Source: Nitrospinaceae bacterium (GTDB lineage: Bacteria; UBA8248). From it: a stretch of 64,000 nucleotides of DNA. The position numbers and the translations under genes are program-made. Positions 42,637-51,630 of this stretch are shown here, in pieces. The DNA lies in the NCBI GenBank assembly GCA_018669005.1, contig JABJAL010000103.1, positions 42,931 to 106,930 of the forward strand, in the 5' to 3' direction. The notes below the pieces were generated by a model that ran no database searches, had not been told where the DNA came from, and saw nothing but the letters and a program-made list of their open reading frames with translations. Every line of letters starts with the position of its first letter. Within the stretch, counting starts at the first letter, position 1.

Positions 42637-44157
42637 CTACGGTTGTGCTGCTTGAGCCCCTTGCGATTGTTTTCGCTTGTTCAACCGAGGGCTGATAATT
42701 AGATAGCCGATCCAGATGATCGCTGCGGACAGAAAAATTGAAGAAACTGGCCGCTGAACAAACATGTAGTGGAAAATATCTCCTTTGGCGTAGAGCATGG
42801 TCTGGCTTAGTCGGTATTCGATGGGTTCTGAAAGTACGAACGCAATGACAAGTGGTGCGAGATCAAATTTGAGCTTTCGAAGAATGAAAGAGCATACCCC
42901 GACGACTATCATAATGATGACGTCGGTATAGACACCCGTTGAAAGAGTTCCGACGAACGCCAGCCCCAGGATTATCGGGACCAGATAGGCCTTCTTGGCT
43001 TGAATCGCATAGGCGAACGGTTTAAGCAAAATATAGCCCAGGCCCAGAAACAATATATTGGCAAAGACGATGGACAGGAGCAAAGCGTACATCAGCGGCC
43101 CCTGTTCCTCGAAGATCTGAGGGCCTGGGCGCATACCGTGCGCCACAAATGCGCCCAGGAGAATCGCTGTTATGTTGTCGCCGGGGATGCCGAGCGTGAG
43201 CAATGGCACCAGGGTGGGGCCGTTGACGGCGTTGTTAGCCGCCTCGGGGGCGGCGATGCCGTCGAGATTTCCCTTGCCGTAGCTGTCCGGATCGTCCGAG
43301 GCGCGTTTGGCGGCGCTGTAGCTGATGAAGGCGGCGACGACCTGGCCCACGCCAGGCACCATGCCGATGCCCGTGCCGATGGCAGTCGATCTGAGAATTG
43401 TTATGATTGAGCGCTTGAACTCGGGCCATCTGAGGCGCTCGCCCGCCTTGGAGAGGTCGATGTGCTCGTCGATAAATCGCGGCGCGCGCGATTGAACAGC
43501 TTCAAGGACCTCAGGCACCGCAAAAATTCCGATAACCAGCGGGATGATTGGAATGCCAGCCGAAAGAATTTCCAAACCGAATGTCAGTCTTGTCGCACCA
43601 GTGGCGGCGTCTGTGCCGATCAGTCCCAGCCCGAGCCCGATACAGGCGGCGATGGCGCCCTTCAAGCCAGATTCGCTTGATACGCTCGCGATCAAAACAA
43701 GCGAGAAAATGATGATGGCGAAAACTTCAGGGGGGCCAACCATTAAGATAACAAGAGCGATGGGGCCAATTGCGGCCAGAGTGAAAATATCCGATAAGGT
43801 ATCGCCAGTAACAGAGGCGTAAAGAGCCATTTCGAGGGCTTTGCGCCCCTGGCCTTTGCGCGTTAGAGCGGGGCCGTCGAACGTAGTGGCGATGGATGCA
43901 CCGGTTCCCGGAATGCCCACCAGGATGGCCGAAATGCTGCCACCGTAGATGCCCCCCTTATAGATACCGATAAGAAACGGGATGCCGAGCATGGGCTCAA
44001 GTTTAAAAGAGACTGGAAGTAGAATAGCCATGGTCAGGGTGGTTGTCAGACCGGGCATTGCACCGACAAACATGCCCAGAGCAAGCCCGATGCAAATATA
44101 AAAATAGGTGTCTATCCGGAAAAGAAGAAAAAATCCCTCAATAAAAGCATCAAGCAT
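42637..44157 (-). CDS. tctA: Tripartite tricarboxylate transporter large permease
   Basis: 506-aa polytopic protein with GMFVGAMPGLTTTLTMAILLP and GIPGTGASIATTFDG motifs. Confidence 0.85.
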   Translation of the reverse strand: MLDAFIEGFFLLFRIDTYFYICIGLALGMFVGAMPGLTTTLTMAILLPVSFKLEPMLGIPFLIGIYKGGIYGGSISAILVGIPGTGASIATTFDGPALTRKGQGRKALEMALYASVTGDTLSDIFTLAAIGPIALVILMVGPPEVFAIIIFSLVLIASVSSESGLKGAIAACIGLGLGLIGTDAATGATRLTFGLEILSAGIPIIPLVIGIFAVPEVLEAVQSRAPRFIDEHIDLSKAGERLRWPEFKRSIITILRSTAIGTGIGMVPGVGQVVAAFISYSAAKRASDDPDSYGKGNLDGIAAPEAANNAVNGPTLVPLLTLGIPGDNITAILLGAFVAHGMRPGPQIFEEQGPLMYALLLSIVFANILFLGLGYILLKPFAYAIQAKKAYLVPIILGLAFVGTLSTGVYTDVIIMIVVGVCSFILRKLKFDLAPLVIAFVLSEPIEYRLSQTMLYAKGDIFHYMFVQRPVSSIFLSAAIIWIGYLIISPRLNKRKQSQGAQAAQP

Positions 44158-44164
44158 GTCTTAT

Positions 44165-44755
44165 TTAGCCTTTCCATCCAAAAAATATGCTTACGAGTAT
44201 CTGCATAAGGCCTTCTTCGGCAACGGCGATCAGCTCAAATTCCGATCTCGGAAGTGATATGGCCAGCAGGCGTTCAAAAACGAATCGAATCATTATTGGT
44301 GTGAAGATCGAAAAAGACAATACCTGCCACCAGATCCGCGTACCCAGAAACAGGGTCATCCCCCCTATCAGGAAAATCGTGGAAATGACATAGCCGAGTG
44401 GGGGAAGCAGGAAAGGATAAACTACTGCGAAAGAATATAAAGTCAGGATTCGAGGGAGCGTTCCTTGTTCTTCGAAAATACCACCATCCTCGGCCTGGTT
44501 CAGAGTGCGGGCGGTGCTGATGAAATAGGTTAGTGAGAGCCCGGAGAGAATGGCGAAAGCCAGTCGGGGGAAAAAGACCGGCGAGAGCCTCAGGAAGTCC
44601 GTTTGGGCCTCGGGAATACCTCCCTGAGCGATGAGGCTTGGCATCATGACGAATAAGGTCAACGAGCCAACGGTGAACAACCCCCCCACTACCAACGCCA
44701 TGATAACGAATGAACGGTTTGGTATATTGGATTTTTCTTCTTCTTCCATGAACAA
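44165..44755 (-). CDS. tctB: Tripartite tricarboxylate transporter small permease (TctB-like)
   Basis: About four TM segments. It lies immediately upstream of tctA, and the size and position are typical. Confidence 0.65.
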   Translation of the reverse strand: MFMEEEEKSNIPNRSFVIMALVVGGLFTVGSLTLFVMMPSLIAQGGIPEAQTDFLRLSPVFFPRLAFAILSGLSLTYFISTARTLNQAEDGGIFEEQGTLPRILTLYSFAVVYPFLLPPLGYVISTIFLIGGMTLFLGTRIWWQVLSFSIFTPIMIRFVFERLLAISLPRSEFELIAVAEEGLMQILVSIFFGWKG

Positions 44756-44988
44756 TTCCTAAAAAGTTGACTTTCCTTGGATGAGGTAAAATTACCTTGA
44801 ACCAAGGCCGATTAAGTCATGTATGTAAATATAGACCTATTATTCACTAAAAGAGGGGGAGAGGCAACTTTAAAAGTGGGGGCGGGTTCGGCGGTGGACT
44901 CCGGGTGAAATGGGTTTTACTATCTATCCATCCGAGTTGTTTTCAACGCTATTTCAGGCGGCAGTAAAATTACAGGGGAAGGATTGTT

Positions 44989-45390
44989 ATGAATTCTGAA
45001 AAATCTATGAAAATCATTAATTCCGTCGATGTGAACAAGGATCTCGAATATGAGCCTCCCTATACGATCCTCTGGGGGGTGAACGATGAAACGACCGACA
45101 CCACGGTGATGACGATGGCGCGGACGATTATTCCGCCGGGTGGGAAAAACAAGATGCATTACCATGCATGTGATGCGACTTTTTATGTCGCCCGGGGGCC
45201 TATCTATGTTTACTCAGGCGACCCTGAGAATCCTGACAAGCAACTGGTTGAGCAGGGGAACTTTTGCTATGCACCTGCGGGTGTGGTGCACGGCCAGGAA
45301 AATCCCAGCAAAACAGAGGTGGCGGAACTCATCGCCACCTACGGAAATTGCTCTCACCGCGATAAAGCGGGAACGGTGTTTGTTCAATAA
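44989..45390 (+). CDS. Cupin domain protein
   Basis: It is related to the 36.1-37.4 kb cupins (YEPPYTILWGVNDETT...KMHYHACD...APAGVVHGQEN). Confidence 0.7.
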   Translation: MNSEKSMKIINSVDVNKDLEYEPPYTILWGVNDETTDTTVMTMARTIIPPGGKNKMHYHACDATFYVARGPIYVYSGDPENPDKQLVEQGNFCYAPAGVVHGQENPSKTEVAELIATYGNCSHRDKAGTVFVQ

Positions 45391-45439
45391 CTTCCATTCG
45401 TGGATTTGGTTTTGCGTATTTATTTTTCGGGAGTAAGCG

Positions 45440-46180
45440 ATGGATCAAGGAATGATCGCGTTTTGGTACGACCTGTCCGACTCAGGCCAGAGTGAATATC
45501 TTTCGTGGCTTCATGAGGTCCATCTGCCTGAAGTGTTGGCGGGGCGTGAAGATCTTCTGTGGGCGGCGCATTTTCATAACGAGGGTGGAGGAGAGCGATT
45601 TCACGAGGTCGTTAAGGACATGATGCGCTCGGGGAAGGACGAGGTTGGGAGCGGACGTGAGTATTTGCTTCTCATTGGAGCCGAGTCGCCGTATTCCTTT
45701 TTTAACCCGAACTTTCCTCAGATTAAGGAGCGCCAGAGCGGGGAGACAAAGGAAATGGTTGGCCTGCGGGAGGGGCTGAACCTTTGCGTGTTCTCCGAGG
45801 AGAAGCGCGTGGATGGGCCCGATGCTGGGCTCCGACCAGCGGGTACGGCTCCTGGAAATTATATTCAGATGGGTAATTTCAATGTCGCCAAGCCGGATGA
45901 TGGTCATGTTCTTGGCGGGTGGTATGCCCAGGAGCGGCTGCCCTTCATGCAAAAGATGCCTGGTTGTATCGGTGCCCGTAAACTAACTGCATCGGTCGGG
46001 TGGGGGAAGCACTCGATTCTTTATGAGTTTGCCTCCTCGAAAGCGCGTGATGATAATTTTATTGCGCACGAGGAAGAGGGTTTTGTTGAAAATTCATGGA
46101 CGGCCAAGGTTCATGAATTTGTCATCCATGCCCCATGCTCTCCTTTTGTCGGCCCGCGTCTTTGGCCGCCGGTCGAATAA
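45440..46180 (+). CDS. Uncharacterised two-domain protein, tandem paralogue 1
   Basis: FWYDLSDSGQSEYLSWLHEVHLPEV in the N-terminal half and GGWYAQERLPFMQKMPGCIGARKL...HSILYEF in the C-terminal half. It aligns over full length with the next two ORFs. Confidence 0.7.
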   Translation: MDQGMIAFWYDLSDSGQSEYLSWLHEVHLPEVLAGREDLLWAAHFHNEGGGERFHEVVKDMMRSGKDEVGSGREYLLLIGAESPYSFFNPNFPQIKERQSGETKEMVGLREGLNLCVFSEEKRVDGPDAGLRPAGTAPGNYIQMGNFNVAKPDDGHVLGGWYAQERLPFMQKMPGCIGARKLTASVGWGKHSILYEFASSKARDDNFIAHEEEGFVENSWTAKVHEFVIHAPCSPFVGPRLWPPVE

Positions 46181-46195
46181 AGGGAGAATTGAGCC

Positions 46196-46939
46196 TTGCC
46201 AATCGACAGGGGAATTTGGGCGACATGGTACGACCTTCCTGAAGGTGGAAGGACGGATTTTCTCTCGTGGCTACACGAGATTCATTTGCCAGAGGTGGCC
46301 CAAAGACCCGGCTATCTTTGGGCAGGGCATTACGAGATAGCAGACAGTTCCTCGCGAATGAATCGGGTCAAGGATAAACTCACCTATACGGATTTGTCTG
46401 ATGTTGGTGGAGGGACTCAATTTCTTGTCCTTCGTGGGGCCGCGTCGCCGCATGTTTTTTGCGACCCGAATCCGGCCCAGTTGGTGGAGCACCAAAGCGC
46501 GGAGGTTGGCGAGATGCTGGGTCGCCGCATTGGTGTGCGGTCATGTATTTTTGCCGAGGAGGCGCGGGTGGACGGCCCGGAGGTGAGAGGCCGCGCACCT
46601 GGTTTGACGCCAGGCCCGGCTATCCAGATGGGGAGCTTTGTCGCCAACTCGCTTGAGGCTGAACTCGATTTGGGTGCTTGGTATGCCCAATATCGCCTTC
46701 CTTCGATGGGACGGATGCCGGGTTGTGTGGGTGCGCGAAAGTTGGTTTCGATTGCCGGCTGGGCGAAGCATTCGATACTTTATGAGTTCACTTCTCTCGA
46801 TGCTCGTGAGGAGAATTTTCAGAAGCACGAGGAGCTTTCGATTGATGAAAAGGAGTGGTCTGGCAAAGTAATTAGGTATTTGACTCATGCGCCGGGATCG
46901 CCCAGCGTTGGGCGGCGAATCTGGCCTGCGGCGCGATAA
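46196..46939 (+). CDS. Uncharacterised two-domain protein, tandem paralogue 2
   Basis: TTG start 15 nt after the previous stop. TWYDLPEGGRTDFLSWLHEIHLPEV ... GAWYAQYRLPSMGRMPGCVGARKL...HSILYEF. Confidence 0.7.
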   Translation: MPIDRGIWATWYDLPEGGRTDFLSWLHEIHLPEVAQRPGYLWAGHYEIADSSSRMNRVKDKLTYTDLSDVGGGTQFLVLRGAASPHVFCDPNPAQLVEHQSAEVGEMLGRRIGVRSCIFAEEARVDGPEVRGRAPGLTPGPAIQMGSFVANSLEAELDLGAWYAQYRLPSMGRMPGCVGARKLVSIAGWAKHSILYEFTSLDAREENFQKHEELSIDEKEWSGKVIRYLTHAPGSPSVGRRIWPAAR

Positions 46940-46983
46940 AATTTTATATTATTTTTATTATTTTAAGTGAAAGGGAGGGTTTC

Positions 46984-47718
46984 ATGGACCGTTCTATCTG
47001 GGCTATTTGGTACGATTTACCCGAGGAGGGGCGCGAGGAATATCTGGACTGGCTCCACACTGTGCATATTCCCGAGTCGAAAGAGCGCCCTGGATATTTG
47101 TGGGCTGCTCACTATGAATCCCAAGAAAGTCAAAAACTTAAGAATAATGTCGAGGGTCGCCTTGGGCATACGGGCGATGGGTTGGTGCCCTCGGGAGATA
47201 GGTACATTCTCCTTTTCGGCGCCGAGACGACTAAACCATTTTTCGAGCCAACTCCCGCAGAACTTGCCGAGACTTATTCGACCGAGACTAATCAGATGCT
47301 CTCGCGTCGCATTGGCGAGCGCTCGGCCATTTTCGTAGAAGAGGCCCGGGTTGATGGGCCCGACATCTCGCAGAGAAGTGCTGATATGACACCGGGCCCA
47401 TGGATGCAAATGGGTAGTTTTAACGCAGGAAGCCTCGAGGATGAAGACGAACTAGGCGCTTGGTATGCCCAGTGGCGACTTCCGTGCATGGAGACGCTTC
47501 CGGGGTGCATTGGTTGTCGGAAATTGGTTTCGGCCTCCTCGTGGGCTAAACACTCCGTTCTTTATGAATTTGTTTCACTTGAGATGCGAAATGAGCATTT
47601 TCCGGGACATGAGAAGCACGATCCTGAAAAGGAGGCATGGACGGATGTTGTCGTTCGCAAGCTTGTCCATGCCCCGGGCTCGCCCAATGTGGGCCGTCGT
47701 CTCTATCCGGCCATATAG
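46984..47718 (+). CDS. Uncharacterised two-domain protein, tandem paralogue 3
   Basis: IWYDLPEEGREEYLDWLHTVHIPES ... GAWYAQWRLPCMETLPGCIGCRKL...HSVLYEF. Confidence 0.7.
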   Translation: MDRSIWAIWYDLPEEGREEYLDWLHTVHIPESKERPGYLWAAHYESQESQKLKNNVEGRLGHTGDGLVPSGDRYILLFGAETTKPFFEPTPAELAETYSTETNQMLSRRIGERSAIFVEEARVDGPDISQRSADMTPGPWMQMGSFNAGSLEDEDELGAWYAQWRLPCMETLPGCIGCRKLVSASSWAKHSVLYEFVSLEMRNEHFPGHEKHDPEKEAWTDVVVRKLVHAPGSPNVGRRLYPAI

Positions 47719-48003
47719 ATTGACGATATGTAAAACTATGGTTGGGCATGGTGGGCTCTGTGAAGGGGAAGTCGGCGAATCTATAGACGGAGAGTATTTT
47801 AAAGTAAAATAGTCAAGGTTTAAGATTCCGATGATTTTATCCTGGAATCGAATAAGCGACTGTTCCGGTTGGTAGACTTTCGTGCCTATAGAGCTTATTA
47901 TTTTCTGGGAAATTCGCCCTACCTGAACCCGGTTTGGAGCGTGCCAATTTGAAGTTATCCGAGGATGGCTCGCCTACTCGGCATTTAGAAAGCACATCGG
48001 AAT

Positions 48004-49497
48004 ATGAATGTTTTGACGGCTGAGTCTAGGGAACCAAGACCCCGGCAGCTTGAAGATAAAAACGGCGGGCCCGGGAAAACATATCCCGCAATAATACAAG
48101 GCGGCATGGGGGCGGGTGTTTCCAACTGGCGGCTAGCAAACGCTGTGGCCAGAACAGGCCAGTTGGGTGTGGTTTCCGGGACCGCGCTGGATGCCATTCT
48201 GGCCCGTCGCCTTCAGGATGGAGATCCTGGTGGCCACATGCGCCGTGCCTTGGCCCATTTTCCTCTTCCAAAAATCGTTGAGCGTCTGATCGACTGGTAT
48301 TTCATTCCAGGTGGCAAAGACTCCGACAAACCTTATAAGGCAGTTCCAAAATACAGCATCACTCCTGGAAAACGTCTTCAGGAGTTGACGATAGCAGCGA
48401 ATTTTGTCGAGGTATGGCTGGCCAAAGAGGGGCATGACGGACCAGTCGGCGTCAATCTGCTTGAAAAGATACAGTTACCCAATATCTTTTCTCTATATGG
48501 TGCCATGATGGCTGGGGTCGATTATGTCCTGATGGGTGCAGGCATACCGCGTGAAATCCCTGGTATTTTAGACAAACTTGCTCGCCATGAAGAAGCTAGG
48601 CTTCGGATTAACGTTGCGGACGTGAAAAATGGGGAGAGTTTCTATTCGCGCCTCGATCCCCGGAAAATAATCCCCCTTGACCTGCCTCCTCTCAAGCGGC
48701 CCGAATTTCTTGCGATTGTCGCCTCCGTTACGCTAGCGATAACCTTAATAAAAAAAGCGGCAGGGAAAGTTAACGGTTTCATTATAGAAGGCCCCACGGC
48801 AGGTGGGCATAACGCACCTCCTCGCGGGCAGCTTCAACTTGATGAAGAGGGGGAGCCACTCTACGGGCCCAAGGATGTTGTCGATCTCATGAAAATAAAG
48901 GAACTTGGCCTGCCGTTCTGGGTGGCAGGGTCCTGTGCCGATCCTGAGAAGCTTAAAGAAATTAAGGAATTAGGTGCTATCGGTGTTCAGGCCGGAACTT
49001 TGTTTGCCTATTGTGAGGAATCCGGATTCACCGAATCCATAAAGCGAGCGATTTGTGAGAAGGCGGTTCGGGGTGAAGCGCAGGTATTCACCGATCCTGT
49101 AGCATCTCCCACCAGTTTTCCCTTCAAAGTAGTTCAACTAGAAGACACAAATTCTGATAAAAATATTTATGATGAGCGCCCCCGCAAATGCGATTTGGGC
49201 TATCTTCATCAAACCTATCTCCGTGAGGATGGGAAAGTGTGTTATCGGTGTCCGTCGGAACCGGTAGAGGATTACGAGAAAAAAGGCGGAAGACTAGAGA
49301 ACACCGAGGGGCGCAAGTGCCTTTGTAATGGTCTGTTCACCAATATTGGTTTGCCCCAGGTTCGCGAGTCGGGGTATCGCGAGTTGGCGCTTGTTACTTC
49401 AGGGAACGATGTAAATAAAATTGCTCGTTTCTTAAAAGAGGGAAAAACTTCTTATACCGCACAGGAAGTGATTAATTACCTGCTGAACGAGGGATAG
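48004..49497 (+). CDS. Nitronate monooxygenase / FMN-dependent enoyl-reductase-like (NPD family), long form
   Basis: IIQGGMGAGVSNWRLANAVARTGQLGVVSGT N-terminal motif and GFIIEGPTAGGH. At 497 aa it is longer than typical family members. Confidence 0.7.
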   Translation: MNVLTAESREPRPRQLEDKNGGPGKTYPAIIQGGMGAGVSNWRLANAVARTGQLGVVSGTALDAILARRLQDGDPGGHMRRALAHFPLPKIVERLIDWYFIPGGKDSDKPYKAVPKYSITPGKRLQELTIAANFVEVWLAKEGHDGPVGVNLLEKIQLPNIFSLYGAMMAGVDYVLMGAGIPREIPGILDKLARHEEARLRINVADVKNGESFYSRLDPRKIIPLDLPPLKRPEFLAIVASVTLAITLIKKAAGKVNGFIIEGPTAGGHNAPPRGQLQLDEEGEPLYGPKDVVDLMKIKELGLPFWVAGSCADPEKLKEIKELGAIGVQAGTLFAYCEESGFTESIKRAICEKAVRGEAQVFTDPVASPTSFPFKVVQLEDTNSDKNIYDERPRKCDLGYLHQTYLREDGKVCYRCPSEPVEDYEKKGGRLENTEGRKCLCNGLFTNIGLPQVRESGYRELALVTSGNDVNKIARFLKEGKTSYTAQEVINYLLNEG

Positions 49498-49537
49498 TAT
49501 GGAATGTGAATAGAGATAATTAGTTTCTGTTAAAGGA

Positions 49538-50158
49538 TTAATTGAGCGGCGGGTTTTTAGACTCGCCGTTTTTGTTTGCCTTTCTCACTCCGAGAAGAAC
49601 CTCGACCTCTCCCCAGCGTGGCACAATCAAAAGCCCGGCCAGGGCGATGCTCAGCGACACGAGGGCGAGATCTGCCCGCGCTACTAAAATGGCAACCCCC
49701 GGAAGGAGAGTGATGGTCAGAATTTCGGCATGTGCTCTTCGACCGATGATTGCCGATAGCAGGGCGTAGAGAGTGAGCGTAATGATGAGTGTCCAGGGAG
49801 AAGCCGCAAGAATTGCCCCGGCAGCGGTAGCGCCCCCTTTTCCACCGCTAAAATCGTGAAAAAGAGGCCATATTTGCCCAGCCACTACTGCAATCCCCGC
49901 GAGAAGAACCACCCAAGGTGAATTGGTAAACAGCAGCGCGCCGCTGACGGCAATATATCCCTTGAAAAGATCGGCTGCGAATACGATTACGCCTACAGGT
50001 TTTCCTAAAATTATTCCGGCGTTCATAAAACTAAGGGACTCATCGCCCTCGAAGCGAAGATCTAGCCCACGGGCTCTGCCTGCGAACCAGGCGGGCGATA
50101 TCGAGCCGAGTGCGTAGGCAAGAGTTATTATTAAGATAGTAGTAAAGATTAAAATCAA
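49538..50158 (-). CDS. plsY: PlsY-like glycerol-3-phosphate acyltransferase family membrane protein (divergent)
   Basis: LGSISPAWFAGRARGLDLR N-terminus and FSGGKGGATAAG motif. The usual GSGNxGATN motif is degenerate (EGDESLSFMNAG). Confidence 0.55.
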   Translation of the reverse strand: MILIFTTILIITLAYALGSISPAWFAGRARGLDLRFEGDESLSFMNAGIILGKPVGVIVFAADLFKGYIAVSGALLFTNSPWVVLLAGIAVVAGQIWPLFHDFSGGKGGATAAGAILAASPWTLIITLTLYALLSAIIGRRAHAEILTITLLPGVAILVARADLALVSLSIALAGLLIVPRWGEVEVLLGVRKANKNGESKNPPLN

Positions 50159-50213
50159 AACGATATCTCACATAAAGAGTTGTTTTTTTATTCGTTTAAG
50201 CACGACTGAAAAT

Positions 50214-51599
50214 CTAATTGACCTGATTCTTTTGGTCTGCTTTGCGTCGCCATCCAAAAACAAACCATGTGAATAGTGCTAGTCCACCAAGAATATGGCT
50301 GATGGAAACGGCCCACCAGATGCCGAGTTCAGCCATTCCAAAAAGCGTACTAGCTGCATAGGCGATGGGAAGCATTACCGCCCAGCGTGCTATGGCCTCT
50401 ACGAACATAGGTGGTTTGGTTTGTGAGGCCCCCTCGAATATTCCGGCAAGCACCCGCCTGGTTCCCTCGAACAAAGTTCCGAGGCATAGAATTCGAAAAC
50501 AGATGACTCCGGCGGGGGCGGCATCGCCCTTGAGGCCGAAGAAATGGATAACCTCTTCAGCCCAGATAAATACCACACTTGTTGTCAGAAGAAGAATAGA
50601 AAAAACAATAGATATTGTGTACCAAGCGGCTGCTCGAGCTCGATCAGGGTGTCTGGCCCCGATATTCTGGCCCACCATGGTGCGTACCGCACCTTGGAGA
50701 GCGAAACCGGGCATCCGTCCCATCTGGCTCACCCGGCTTCCCACGCCCCAGGCGGCGAGTGCAAGTGCCCCGAAGGGGGAGATGATCTTGATTAGCACGA
50801 TGTTCGCTGTGCGCTCAAAAAGGTTTTGCCCACAGATAGGCCAGCCGAGATTTATAATGCGTGACAGAAGGTCATACCGAGGCAGGAGGTGATTTGGTTT
50901 GAGGTGAATTCGGGATTTTCCTGTAAAGAGGAAAAACAACATCAAAAGAGCACCCGTGAGGCGCCCCGCTCCTAGCCCCAGTGGCGTGCCTGCCAGTCCC
51001 AGAGCAGGTAGGGGACCTGCCCCGTAAACTAAAAGAGGAATTGAAATAAATACAGCGATTGTGTTGACGATCATTCCCATCAGCGAGTAGCCAGGCTCAC
51101 CTGCGCCACGAAATATAGAGGCGAGAGTAAAAATGCCGTCAATGAACATGACCACGATAAAAGAAGCGCGTAAATAGATGGTTCCGAGGCGTATGATTTC
51201 GGTGTCCGATGAAAGGGCTGCCATCAGATAGGGGGCGCTCACCAAGCCCGCGATGGTGATGAGGGTGAAACATAAGGTATGGAGAATGATAACTTGGCCT
51301 GCAGTTAGGGAGGCACCCTCGAGGTCGCCAGCGCCGACACGCTGGGCCACGAGCGCTTGGCCCGCAGTGCGAATACCCATTCCAAGTGAGCGGCTTGCGG
51401 CCACGAATATGAAACCGAGCGACATGGCTGCCAGGGCGTTCGCACCCAGCCGTCCCACCCAATAGAGCTCAATTACCACGTCGATGTTCCACGCGGTAAG
51501 CTCAAAAAAAACTGGGACGGCCAGACGCGACAACCCGCGACGAATGGAACCTTTAGTGTAGTCGTAGCGAACTTTGGTTGCAGATACTTGACGGCTCAT
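50214..51599 (-). CDS. MATE family efflux transporter
   Basis: About twelve TM segments and a typical N-terminus (GSIRRGLSRLAVPVFFELTAWNI). The start is taken at ATG 51599 (MSRQVS). Confidence 0.8.
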   Translation of the reverse strand: MSRQVSATKVRYDYTKGSIRRGLSRLAVPVFFELTAWNIDVVIELYWVGRLGANALAAMSLGFIFVAASRSLGMGIRTAGQALVAQRVGAGDLEGASLTAGQVIILHTLCFTLITIAGLVSAPYLMAALSSDTEIIRLGTIYLRASFIVVMFIDGIFTLASIFRGAGEPGYSLMGMIVNTIAVFISIPLLVYGAGPLPALGLAGTPLGLGAGRLTGALLMLFFLFTGKSRIHLKPNHLLPRYDLLSRIINLGWPICGQNLFERTANIVLIKIISPFGALALAAWGVGSRVSQMGRMPGFALQGAVRTMVGQNIGARHPDRARAAAWYTISIVFSILLLTTSVVFIWAEEVIHFFGLKGDAAPAGVICFRILCLGTLFEGTRRVLAGIFEGASQTKPPMFVEAIARWAVMLPIAYAASTLFGMAELGIWWAVSISHILGGLALFTWFVFGWRRKADQKNQVN

Positions 51600-51630
51600 G
51601 CAGCTAGCCTTCTGTTGCAAGCCGAAAAAA

